NCBI GenBank assembly: GCA_026770705.1
Contig: JANJGN010000026.1
Span: 25,172,001-25,236,000, forward strand
DNA: 64,000 bases
Source: Isurus oxyrinchus
Lineage: Eukaryota
Reading direction: 5' to 3'
Shown: in pieces, positions 50,713 through 62,605 of the stretch
Position numbering within the stretch: position 1 is the stretch's first letter
Layout of the letters: the number at the start of each line of letters is the position of its first letter
Translations under genes and position numbers: made by a program
Notes under the pieces: generated by a model
The model's input: only the letters and a program-made list of their open reading frames with translations
The model's database searches: none
Told to the model about the DNA's origin: nothing

Positions 50713-52499
50713 TGAAATGGTGCTCACTGGCCCCACCAAACCATTTACCAAAACTTATTTCACTTGCAGCATTTCCAGATGGGGTAAATTTCACCGATGT
50801 GAAACGATAGCTCTGATTCTCTCTCCACTGAGAGACGCCCTAACTGGCTAACAGTTTTCCAGAATTTCCTGTTCTTTTGATTTCAGATCTGCAGCATTTA
50901 TGGTTCTCTGCATTTCGATTATTGCATCGTGTGGGATTGGAATGGAACCCCTGCTATGTTTAACCTCTTTCAAGTACAAACACATTTCCATCTGTTTCAG
51001 ATGAAGTTACATTGTTTCATAGTTTGCCATTGTGAGACTTGAACTCTTAACTTGCCTCTGAGCTGTGCTGATTATCTTTGATCGATTCTAATGCCTCCTG
51101 TTCATTGGCCAGTGCACAGGTGAATTCAATCGTGTGAATAGCTCTGCATTTTTCAGTAATTATATTTGCTGGAAGCCTGTTTGATCACTGATCTCTGTTA
51201 TTAAAATATAATCAAATGGGGAATGAGGTGATATTTTATTTTACATCATGAACTCTTCCGATGAAGACTGCACCGTCTGAATTGGTGTTGGGGACAGATT
51301 CCATCGTAACTTTCAAACGGGTAATGGATCTGTACTGGAAATGTAAATAAAAATATAGAGCTATGGAGAAAGTTCATGGGCAGTGGGAACAATTGGATTG
51401 CACTTTTACAGGGTCAGCGTCTACACGATGGTCGGAATGTTACGGAAGGTGCTGGATAATTCTACGTATTATATTACATTCCCGTTTCTATTTTCCTTGG
51501 TGGGAGACAAACCCGAAGGAGCATTTTATGATCAGCGAGGCAACCAGCTTCCAAAAAAAGCATGTTTGTTGGAGAGGAACACAGCTGCGCACGGCAAGAT
51601 CCACCACAAACTGATGGGATTCATCAGCCCCGATTAGGCAAAACCGAGAATGAGTATCAGTGGTCAAATCATTTACTCCGGTTTAAAACTGCTCGGGAAT
51701 TTCTATCTGCCTTTTGTTCTATTCCTTTATGTTATATCAATAGGGTCCCATTTTCTCCAGTTCACCGTAATTTCAAATATGTACACTTAATTTCATTTTA
51801 TTTCCTTAATTTCACATTCCCTTTATTTCATGTATTATTTGTGCTGTTTGCGCTGTTTGCAATCGTGGGAACTTGTCCCAAACTCTCTCAGTTGTCGGTT
51901 GGGTTCAGTCTGTTCATTTTCCAGAGTGGTTTTACTGTTACTCACTGGGAACTGCTTCTTCCGGGTCTCTGACAATTTCAATTCTATCCGCTCATTGACT
52001 GATCCTCTCCCGGATTCACTGGGCGGAGTTTTCTCTCAATTTTACATAAAAGAGGAAGAAGAATGTGGAAGAGGAATGGGCCATTCGACTTGTGTATATA
52101 ATCAATTCCAGCCTAACCCCATCCGAAACCGAATCGACCATTTACATCCAGCTCCCTGTATCGGTCTGTTCCGTTCTCCCTCCTGCATTTTCAAGTGTTC
52201 CAATAAATATATCAATACAATCTCCAACCACTCCCTGTGGCAGCAAGTCCCACATTCTGACCTTCCTTTGTTTAAATTCATTTGACTTAAATGTTTTATT
52301 TGTCCTGTTAATGTCTGTCTTATGTTGACGGCTATTGCTTTGGATTGAGCCACAAATGAGCAATTTGTCCAGACTAAAACCGTTCATTATTGAAAATATT
52401 TCTTTGGATTCTCCTCGTGGTTCTGTTTCCTAGAAAAAAAAGACCCAGCCTGTTCAGTCTTCCCAGAGAGATGTGGATTGTTGCTGGTTTCTTTCCTCA

Positions 52500-53070
52500 G
52501 GAGTGTAAGAAATCAAAGCAGAGAATCCGATCAATAGAAGCAGGAGCCACCATATCACCTTTCAAGCCTGCTCAGCCATTCAGTAATATCCTGGATGATT
52601 TACAACTTAACGTCACATTCCCGCAATCTCCCCAAACCTCTGATCCTTTTAGTGTCCGAAAACCTATCGAATATTGTCTTGGATGCAAATGGATTATGAT
52701 CACCCACCGCTCTCTGAATTATAGAATGCCACAGATTCACAACTATGATTCTAGTGAAGATTTTTTTCCTTCTCAGTTCTAATGGCTAACTCTTTATTCT
52801 AAAACTGTGACCCCGAGTACAATACTTCTCAGCCTGGGGAAACTCCGATCCAGAATCTGCCTTCTCAAAGTCCTTCAGAATATTACATGTTTTAATGAGA
52901 TCACCTCTCATTCTTCTAAGCTCTAGGAAATATCGACAGAGACGACTCAATCTTTGCCCATTGGACAATCCCTTCTAAGGAATCAGTCTGATGAACCTTT
53001 GTCGCACTCCTTCCAATGCAGGTTGATCTCTCTTCAGTCAGGAGACCAAAACTTTACACAGTATTCCAGA
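52500..53070 (-). mobile_element. CR1-type LINE 3' fragment
   Basis: LELRRMRGDLIKTCNILKDFEKADSG...TRGHSFRIK and CR1 3' UTR. Confidence 0.7.
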
Positions 53071-54005
53071 CTGGAGTCATTTCGGTCCTTCCCTACATAA
53101 ACTTCACCCAACACCCTGGGGTCGGATCGTGCTTTGAAAGGCGCCCAGAAATCATCTAATCTTTCTCTCACATTTGATTAATTATTTCTTGCTGGTTCCA
53201 ACTGAACATTCCCCCAGTTTACAATTATTCCCCCAGTTTATAATTATTCCCTTATATTGCTCTTCTCTTTTATAAGTTTAATACATCATCCTCACTCTCT
53301 CACTGCTCTGTGCTATTTCAATTAACAGTAATCAGGGAAACAGATAAATTACACAATTCCATCTCTCAAACATCTACATTCAATATAGGGAAGTGTCTGC
53401 AGTTCCAAACTTTCACATTTCGGTCTGAGGGCGGAAAAGGAGGAGACTGATTGGTTCTATGAAGATAATTGACAGAAATGGCGGGGACAATGTCACTAAC
53501 TTCAGTCACTGATTGTCCAATAATAAAATTCCATCTGGACACACATCAGAATCTCTTATATCTGAAGCCCGTTGTGTCAATCTCCGTTTTTCTCCCGGGT
53601 CAGGTATTGAACGAGGCGCTGCAGGTCCCCGAAATAGCCGCAGTTGCAGTGAGTTTATTGACCCGGTAATGCATTCACATTGCGCGGCTCGGACTGCAAT
53701 CTGCTGCCCAGGAGAGAGCTCTGTGACCCCGCTCCCTGGCTCTAAGGGACAGACAGAGCTCCCTCGGTCACAGTTAACACCGGGTGTGGAGTCCGGATTA
53801 GCAAAAATCTCCGCTGACTCAAAGGGATTCAGAGTGTGAGAGTCCGTGATGTTGATGGTATCCCCGATGTGCCCATTAAACCAATAATGATCCAGATTCC
53901 GTCAACTCTCACATCCCACCCAAACTCCACTGAGATCAATAATAAACTGACGGTGAACATTACCCGGGACAGTCGGTAACCCGGCGGGGTTTGGAGTCAC
54001 TTAAC

Positions 54006-54097
54006 CGGCTGTGACAGTCACCACCGTCCCGGATCCATCTGCATAATCAGTAAACCATCACACTGACACCGCTCACAGTCTCCCTGGTACAACAACC
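54006..54097 (-). other. NAR-TCR J segment with 23-RSS
   Basis: Coding 54058-54006 WFTDYADGSGTVVTVTA then a GT donor. RSS on the plus strand: CACACTG (54059-54065)-23 bp-ACAACAACC (54089-54097). Homologous to the J part of the joined exon at 46445-46487, including the downstream TGACTCCAAA. Confidence 0.88.
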
Positions 54098-54569
54098 ACC
54101 GACACCTCAACCTGCCGGCAAATCATCATCAGACAGTACAAACTGCCCAATTATTCAGCGGATGTAAATAAATAACCAATATTCAATGTTTCAAAGTCTC
54201 TGTCAGTTCAAACTGTTCTTTGTGCGGCCCTGAGCTCTGAGCAAATGGTCCCGGGAACGAGATATTCGCTTCATATAAACCGAGAAAACTATCAAAGATA
54301 GATAACTGAATGGCGGGAATTACAATGAAATGTAACCAGATTACAGCGATAATAACATCAACCCAACAATTCACTATCCGGGTCGGGAGAATTTATATTG
54401 TGATCGTACAGAGGTATTTGTTCAGGTCTCTCCTAAAGTATCTGTCCCAGCTACAAGGTCTTAGAAGTCAGTATAAAATCCCCTGGATACTTGGTGAGAT
54501 GTGGGGACATTATTAAGCGGCGGGGGCGGCGGTTCCCGATTCCAGCTGTTAGACCAGGATCTGGTGTTA

Positions 54570-54649
54570 GGGGTTTGTAACTGGGATCAGTCATTCCCAA
54601 TCCCGGGAAAGACATCACCATCCGCACACACTCGGCAGTTATAAAACTC
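54570..54649 (-). other. Candidate degenerate NAR-TCR D segment
   Basis: Lies between V and J, flanked by outward nonamer-like motifs (GGGGTTTGT at 54570, ATAAAACTC at 54641). The minus-strand core GGATGGTGATGTCTTTCCCGGGATTGGGAA resembles the CDR3 middle of the joined gene. Heptamers are not intact. Confidence 0.35.
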
Positions 54650-54773
54650 AAGATGTTAACGGCAATAATCCAATCTGATTATAAACTAGACTGTGGGGCA
54701 GACGGTGTGAGGCGGAACTGTGGGGGTTTCAGCTGCAGATTAACTCCGCTTTTTCATTTGTTTCGGCGGTGAG

Positions 54774-55334
54774 AGCTTTTGTAACGCGGGAAGCCGGGGC
54801 CCTTCACTGTGTGTTTTGTGCCAGTACTGAGCTTTACAGTAATAGGTGGCGGTGTCTTCAACTCTCAATTACCGAATTTCCAGCCGAACTGTCTTTTCTG
54901 CTTCATTCATCGACACAACAAATCTCTGCCACCCCTCCCCAACTCCCCCCCCCCCCCCCCCCCCCCCCCCCCACCTTGGAGATCCGCTCCTACTCGATCT
55001 CGGTCTGGGTTTGTTTGAAGAAATCCCCGCTCTTCAAAGGACGAGCGAAAAAACCACCATAGAAAACACAGGTGATGGTGAGAGACTGACACTCCTTCCT
55101 GGTCACCGCTGCCGGGGTCTGTGTCACTGACTGACTGAAAGAGCCTGGAAATTAAACAGAGAGAGTTTAATGGACCATCGGAGTCGAACCACAGAGCGGG
55201 GTTAAACCCCAGACAGTGTCTGTAATTGGGATGGACTCGGGCAGCTTTATATTCAATCCACACAATGTCGGTTTCTTTGATCGGTACTCACGGGATAAAC
55301 AGACACACAGGGTGAAAACAAGGAGAATTCCCAT
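54774..55334 (-). pseudogene. Unrearranged NAR-TCR (IgNAR-like) V pseudogene
   Basis: Leader MGILLVFTLCVCLS 55334-55292. V exon from 55144: SVTQTPAAVTRKECQSLTITCVFYGGFFARPLKSGDFFKQTQTEIE*ERIS[G-rich insert]RFVVSMNEAEKTVRLEIR*LRVEDTATYYCKAQYW. RSS CACAGTG-22-ACAAAAGCT (54811-54774). Confidence 0.9.
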
Positions 55335-56954
55335 CGTTCTGCTGCCTGGAGCTGAGGGATTATATGACGGGGAGCTGGAGACTGCAGCCCTGGACTGCAC
55401 TGGGAGACTGGATCTCAGGGCTGGACTGAATTACTTCAGAGAGATGAGTTGATTTGCACAGGGCAGTGTTGTTGAGATTATTGAAGGGCCGCACGGGTCC
55501 CGGGTCGCTGGCAAAGTGTTATGTGAATAAGAGACAGGTTTATAAAAGGAGGCTGCAATTTTCTGACTCTACATTTGGATTGTGATCCGGATGTCAAAGC
55601 CGCTCCCACAATGCTCTGATGTACAGGGGTGGGGGAGGGGAGATTTTCTTTCTGCCAGTTGTACTACCGCCTTCCTTTTCCCACAGTGATGAAGTGGGAG
55701 GGTGGTGCATGTGTTTGTTAAAGGTGAAATGCGGGCCCAGGACACCAGGAGAATCTCTCCACCCCGCTCCTATTCCAGTATTCCGGAGATTGTTACCAGC
55801 TCCTTGTGACCCCGGACAGGGTATCTGCTGTTTTGCAAAAGGAAATCACAATGTTCGCTTTAAATATCCCTGGGAATTACCCTCCGCCAACACCGGAGTG
55901 TCCTTGCGCCATGAACCCCACACTGGCTACAAAGATTAGGCGGATCCCATACAATGAAACACCCCTGGTCCCACCAAACCATTTACCAAAACTTATTTCA
56001 CTTGCAGCATTTCCAGTTGGTGTAAACTTTCACCGACATGGAACGATAGCTCTGATTCTCTCTCCACTGGCTAACAGTTCTCCAGAATTTCCTGTTCGTT
56101 TATTTCAGATCTGCAGCATTTGTGGTTCTCGGCATTTCGATTATTGCATCATGTGGGATTGGAATGGAACCCCTGCTGTGTTTAACTTGTCTCTGAGCTG
56201 TGCTGGTTATCTTTGATCGATTCTAACGCCTGCTGTTCATTGGCCAGTGCACAGGGAAAGCTGTTCGCACCGAGAGACTGGAAAACATGGATGCTTTAAA
56301 CATTTGTTTTATTCGTTCATGGGATGTGGACGTCGCTGGTAAGCCAACATTTATTGCCCTGCTTTAATTGCCCTTGCTCAAGGGTATTTAAGATTCAACC
56401 ACATTAACGTGGGCCTGGAGTCAGATGTAGGCCAGACCAGGTAAGGACGGCAGATTTCCCTTCATAAAACACATTAATGAACCAGGTGGCAATCGGCAAT
56501 GATTTTGTGGTTATCATTAGACTTGTAAATCCAGATTATTTAGAAATTGATATTGCTGAACACTGTGATCCAGGTTTGGGGAGTCAGAGTGTCTTCCAGG
56601 ATTACTCCCTGTCTTTTGAAATATTCTATCTTTGTCTTTCCGGAAGAAATGGCAAAGATCATCTTTCAGAATGAAGAGGTTGTGAATTGCCCTGGATATA
56701 CCTGCATTGTGGCTACTCGCCAACCTCCGTCAACTCTGTTTTACCATCTCCAATATCACTTCGAAACTCTGAAATGCTCACTGACTTTTGGAGATCGGTG
56801 ATGGGGTACATGTTTCCACATGTCCCAGTCATGGCACCTGCTGTTTTACACGAAGAAAACGAAACGGTTCCCTTAATATTGATGCGGCCCTTCAATTCGA
56901 GATTGCTGTTTGCTGCTGTGCTGGACAATGCCAGAGTCACACACATGCACAGAT

Positions 56955-57085
56955 ACAACTTTAGCAATCGAGCCTCTGCTGGACTCTGTGATAAGCACAC
57001 ACACACACACACACACATACACACACACACACACAACTTTAGCAATCGAGCCTCTGCTGGACACTGTGATAATCACACACACACC

Positions 57086-57117
<32 letters not shown>

Positions 57118-57150
57118 CCTTCAGCAATCTACCCTCTGCAGGACACTGGC
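56955..57150. repeat. Short tandem repeat of an approximately 40-bp unit plus (CA)n
   Basis: CAACTTTAGCAATCGAGCCTCTGCTGGAC(T/A)CTGTGATAA followed by (CA)n; two near-identical units and a third diverged one. Confidence 0.8.
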
Positions 57151-58753
57151 GGAATCACACTCCTTAACCTTTCTGCTTTCCAGTTAGCAAAGCATGATGT
57201 AGTGGCGGAGGGGCCTTGTCACTGCACCAGTAACCCAACAACTCTGGATAATGTCTCAGGTTCGAATCTCACCACGGCAATTGGTGGAACTTGAACTTAA
57301 AATCTGTCTCTAATTATCTGCAGGAGGAAATAGTTGTTAGTTGTCATTAAAACCCCTCCGGCTCACAAATGTCTCACCCTACAATGGGCTATCGACCCAC
57401 AGCTCGTTAGAAATAAGAATGGCTGCTGACTCTCACTTGGTTGGGCTCTATGGGTGAAGCCTGTGAAAAGCAGCTCCCATAATAGTACCTGTGTAGGGAC
57501 TGGCAGATGGGAACCCGCAGCAGGTATTGAATGGGTGCGCTCAGCCTTTGTCTCACCATTTCTCACTCCACACCACACACTCCAACGGCTGATGCCGCAA
57601 TGTTCTCAATACCTAAAATGTCATAACATTTCCTTCAGCGAAGAAAGAGCCTGGACAGCTCCGTCATTGCTGAGCTCCCAGATATGATGAATCCCGGGCC
57701 ATGGTTTTGTACTTGTCTATACATTTTACAAGGTAAAAAAAAGAGCTGACAAACGTCCAGAAGGAGATGTAATTTAGCACAAACTGTTTACTTCAACGTA
57801 GTTTCACCGGTCAGCACAGTGATTATTGTCAGATTCAAACAGAGGGAACACATGATGACTGCTTTAGATTTCAGAGCAGAATAAGGGAACGATTTCAATA
57901 TGCTGACCGTGCCGGGCAGGTATGGAATACTAAATACAGCCATGGGTCAGGCTTCACTTCATGAGAGACAGAGGCGTTTTCTATGGACATGACTGGCTTG
58001 TTCCTGAGTCTGACATCAGCTGAACACCAATCACTGTTACTTTTTTACTTTATTCACGGGATGTTGGCTTCGCAGACTGGGCCAGAATTTATTGCCTATC
58101 CCTAATTGCCCTTGAGAAAGTGCTGGTGAGTTGCCTTCTTCAACCGCTGCCGTCCAAGTGGTGTGGGTACACCCACAATGCTGTTAGGAAGGGAGATCGA
58201 GGATTTTGACCCAGTGACAGTATAGGAACTGGCACAGAAATTACTTCCATCACCCTGCGAACTCTTTCCTTTGCTGTTTTCCCCCTTTGCCCCTGTCCCG
58301 CTCTCTCGTTCGCTCTGCCTCCTTATTTTTTTTTGCCTTTCCTGTCTTCCTGTCAAATTGAGTTTCTCTATTGATGGACAGTTTGATCAACCCATTGTGA
58401 ACCTAAAAATTGAAGAGATTCCAATTAGTCTGTTGCCTGGCATGATGCATGTTCCTCCATCTTTGAGCACCAATAAAAGCTACAGTCATACCGCCAGCAA
58501 GAATATGATAAGTGAATGCATCGTTCTAATTGGAATGGAGATTCACTGAGGTTAAGTTTGTAACAGAACAGGGAGCTGATTCCAGATGTCAGTAAGTCTA
58601 TCCATGCACCAGCAGCCATCTCATGGCTTAACGGTCTTGCCGCACCACTGGGGATCAAGGAGGTCAGGGGGGAGCACCTGAGACACCGAGAGCACATGAT
58701 TGAGGGTGAGTATTAGACGGGGTGATCTCCCTTTTACAGAGTGACCAGAGAGG

Positions 58754-59223
58754 ATGCGGTTACTCAGCAACTGAGATGTGTGGGCAACATTTCTCACAGG
58801 TGATTACTGACTCAGCATATTCTAATCAGAGGGGCAGTAGCAATGTGGGTAATAGCACTGAGTCTAAATGCTGATTGTGTGAGCCAGTGCGGACACGATG
58901 GGCCGAATGGTCGCTGTCCACAGCAGCGTCTCAACAACTTCTACAGCTGGTGGCCGCTCACATCTAGGCAAAAGCAGAAGGAGTAACTTTAAACTGTACC
59001 AGGACACTACATGGACAGTCCAGGCATTATTCCGGTAGCTGAATGAGCCAGACACGCAGCCTAACTTCATACTGTGGATGGTTTCTTAGGGTCATGATTG
59101 CATAACAGATTCTGCTAATACACGTTTCTCTACCGAGATTCAGACAGCAGCTGAATCTACCATACTAACCATCGCAGGTCTGTCGCTGACTGACACTGCC
59201 GCCTATTACAGTGCTCTCACTCT
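58754..59223 (+). pseudogene. TCR alpha/delta V pseudogene (family G), 3' end truncated by CR1
   Basis: Leader ATG CGG TTA CTC AGC AAC TGA ... ACA G|GT at 58754-58799, paralogous to 38479. V relic VTLNC...EPDTQPNFIL...RFSTEIQTAAESTILTIAGLSLTDTAAYYSAL with stops. The RSS position is occupied by the LINE. Confidence 0.8.
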
Positions 59224-59715
59224 TAATCTGTGCCCACTCGCCCTTGATCCTTTTACAAGTGGGAACAGTTTCTCCTTATCTGCTCTGTCCAGCCCCCTCA
59301 CCATTTTCAACACCTCTTTCAAATCTCCTCTTGGCCTTCTCCTTTCCAATGAGAACAGTCCCAATCTCGTCAATCTATCTTCATGGTTAACTTTTCTCAT
59401 CCCTGGAACCATTCTTGTAAACCTCTTCTGCACTGTCTCCAATACGCTCACATCCTTCCTCCAGAACTGTGCCCAATATGCCAGCTGAGGTCTAATTAGT
59501 GCCTTATTAAAGTTCAGCATAACCTCCTTGTTCTTGCAATCTATGTCCCTATTAATAAAGCCCAGAATACTGTTTGATTTATTACTTGACCTCTCTACCT
59601 GCCTCCCACCTTCAGTAATCTATGCACATATATGCCTAGTCCCCTCTGTTCCTGAACGTATTTTAGAATGGTTTCCTTTATTTTATATTGTCTCTATGTG
59701 TTTCCTATCGAAATG
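59224..59715 (-). mobile_element. CR1-type LINE fragment
   Basis: MLNFNKALIRPQLAYWAQFWRKDVSVLETVQKRFTRMVPGM...LGLFSLERRRPRGDLKEVLKM. Confidence 0.88.
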
Positions 59716-61495
59716 CAGGGGCGAATGGCCTCATTCTGTGCTGTAACTGTGCTGGGATCCTATGACTGTATCGGGATTACTCATCATTATTATCGTGACT
59801 ATCATTTCATCTTCTGAAGCAACAGCATCATCGTTTTACCTGTAATACAACCTGGGCAGGGGGAAATGCATTTTTGCTGGGAACGGAGTGAGAGGTTGTT
59901 ACTGGGAAGTGATATATTGATGAGAAGCTATACCAAACGGTTCGGTATGATACGGTCAGGGTCAGCGGTGCAGGGAATCCTCTGTGGGAAGCAGGAATAC
60001 AGATCATCGCCATAGTACACTGCTCTTCAAGGCAGAACCAAAGAAGGCAGGCGTGCGGAATTTTCTGCAATAAAACAGGGCAAGCGATGCGGGTCGGAAG
60101 GAGAGAAGCAACGGGGATACCGCGGGTAGAGTGGTCATAGGAATGTTCAGTTTGTAAGGGACTGAATTCAGTAACAATACCTCATTTGAATACTGTATAA
60201 GTCTGCATGTTTGCAAAGGTCAAGTTACTTTGACATTGCCTGTCTGTCGGGGCAAGCAGGACAGCGATAGGGATTGAAGAATTATCATATTATTCAACTG
60301 CATCAATGGATTATGCTGAAAACAAGGGTTGAAACAGCTTTGGGTCAGAGAAAAAACCTGCAGGTTGTGCCATGCTTATTTACACAGAGCTCACATGTGA
60401 CATTATACAAATTTGGGAGCGTGTGACATTAATGGGGATAGAGATGGGTTCAAAGCAATTTCTCCATAATTGATATTAAGCAGGTTTTAGCCTGTGATGG
60501 TGGATGCGCGGGTCGCCAAAGTGGGAAACTGTGATCTCTCACTGCCATCTGGTGGTTGGTTTTAAAATGCATTCTTTGACCTGATCTCAGAAAACATGAT
60601 TATTCAATGAAGCCTTTGGGAATACAGAACTTGAATGCTGCTGAGAAGAGAGGCATAATGCCTAAGGTTTTCACCTTACGCTCATCAGGAGAAACGTAGC
60701 AATGACAATTTCCAAACAATCACAAAAATTTCTCGCACAGGAGAAAGGGCTGCGGATTGTTTGGCTAGTTGACTCTGATTGGCCAAGGCGTTGCTTTGGC
60801 GAGGGCAACGGGAAACTATCGGCTCCGCATGCTTCTGGACAGGTGCAAGGTCTGGACATGTTCCTTTTATTTCGCGAGAACGGCTCCATGCATGAGTTAC
60901 ATTAATTTTAAGTGCATTAATTTGTCATTTCAGCTCGTGCTTATAATAAAATAAGCTTCGCAGGTGTATTAGTGGAGCCTTAACTCTGATTTAGTCTTCC
61001 AATGCCCTTTCCTATCTGTTCCATCTCCGAGTTATACCGATATCTATGTAAACGTCCTCTAACAGTCTTTAGTTTAACCATATAAAAGATTTACTACAGC
61101 CTAGCCTACTAATTCGCTGTACAGAGGTAGTTTCTCTCAGATTAAGCCCAGAAATATCTAATCAAACACAGGAATCAATAGAAATCGGGAGATATCGGAA
61201 GGAGGAGATGAACGTCACTTGTTGAATGCGGATTGCGCGTTGATGGTGCTTATTCGACATCTCATGAAGGTTTAAAATTGTGAGTGGAAGCTGTAAGTTT
61301 CCAAGTTAAAATTTATCTGATTAATGTTTCTGTCGATTTATATGTTGATATACAAGGCTCAACAGTCGCCATCAGCATCACCACACAACCCATCTGTCAG
61401 TAAATGGTCATTGGAAATTACTCCATAGATGAAATTATTATAAAAACAAAAAAACTGCAGATGCTGAAAATCCAAAACAAAAACAGAATTACCTG

Positions 61496-61694
61496 GAAAA
61501 ACTCAGCAGGTCTGGTAGCATCGGTGGAGAAGAAAAGAGTTGACGTTTCGAGTCCTCATGACCCTTCGACAGAACTTGAGTTCGAGTCCAAGAAAGACTT
61601 GGACTCGAACTCAAGTTCTGTCGAAGGGTCATGAGGACTCGAAACGTCAACTCTTTTCTTCTCCGCCGATGCTGCCAGACCTGCTGAGTTTTTC
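61496..61694. repeat. Near-perfect palindrome (MITE-like hairpin element)
   Basis: 97-bp arms at 61496-61592 and 61598-61694, 5-nt loop AAAGA, two mismatches. Confidence 0.9.
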
Positions 61695-61924
61695 AATGAA
61701 ATTATTATGTTTTCTTCCGGCGCCCAGCAGTGGTGATGTTCTCATCACCTTCGCCAGAAGGCGCAGTGGTCACATCTTCTCGCTGCTCCCTCCAGACTAG
61801 GTGCAATGCCCTTCTAGATTTCTCTAAATCTATCAATGTTTGAAACCTATTAAAAAGGGCAGCACCTTTCTAATCGTCTGTTTTTGGCAGTTATTCGTCG
61901 TTCCAATCTCCACCAGTCTCACGA

Positions 61925-62605
61925 ATTCTAAGGCATACCCACATGTCCGTCCTTGGCCTGCTGCAATTTTCCAGTGAAGCCCAAAGCAAACAGAACGACC
62001 AGTACCCCATCTTCCGATTAAGCACCTTACAGCCTTCCCGGCCTAACATTGCATTCAACAACATCTGACCATGAATTCCCTCCCCTATTTTCACCCTCTT
62101 TTGGCTTATTTATTTTTAATTTTTTTCTACTTATTTTCATTTTTTATTCATTTATTCATTGTTTTATCCCCTTTTATACTCATTTTTCCCTTTTTACATT
62201 CCTTTTTCCCCACACCTTCCCCCTCCCCCCACCTTACCCACCACAGGGTCCTCTGTTACCTGTTCATATTGTCCTTTTCAGAGTGCTTACCCTTGTTCTG
62301 CTATTATCGCATTCTGTTTTCTTACCTTTATACCACTATCGTTCTGATCATTCTTTAGCCCTTACCACCACCATTAACACTTCCTTTGTATCTTTGTTCA
62401 TGGCATATTTGTCAATCTTTCCTTAGCCCCCACCTATGGCTGGCCTTCTATCCAGCTTCACTGTTCCACCCTTCTTAAACGGCATAATTTTCATCACACT
62501 TCTACTTCTCTGTAGCTCTGAAGAGTCATACGGACTCAAAATGTTAACTCTGTTTCTCTCTCCACGGATGCTGTCCGACCTGTTGAGATTTTCCAGCATT
62601 TAATG
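61925..62605 (+). mobile_element. Penelope-like element remnant (GIY-YIG C-terminus and tail)
   Basis: SVLGLLQFSSEAQSKQNDQYPIFRLSTLQPSRPNIAFNN resembles the end of the Penelope-type GIY-YIG domain (E...IFRLGTLQP.GLN). Followed by a pyrimidine-rich tail ending CTGAAGAGTCATACGGACTCAAAATGTTAACTC. Confidence 0.6.

Noticed and set aside
54006-55334. IgNAR heavy-chain cluster
   Set aside because: No constant exons were found downstream of J, the V-J distance is short, FR1 has the KEC cysteine, and the cassette lies among TCR alpha/delta V's; NAR-TCR fits better.
56955-57150. Second RSS array (CACTGTG/CTCTGTG plus CA runs)
   Set aside because: No nonamer at 12 or 23 bp; ordinary minisatellite with (CA)n.
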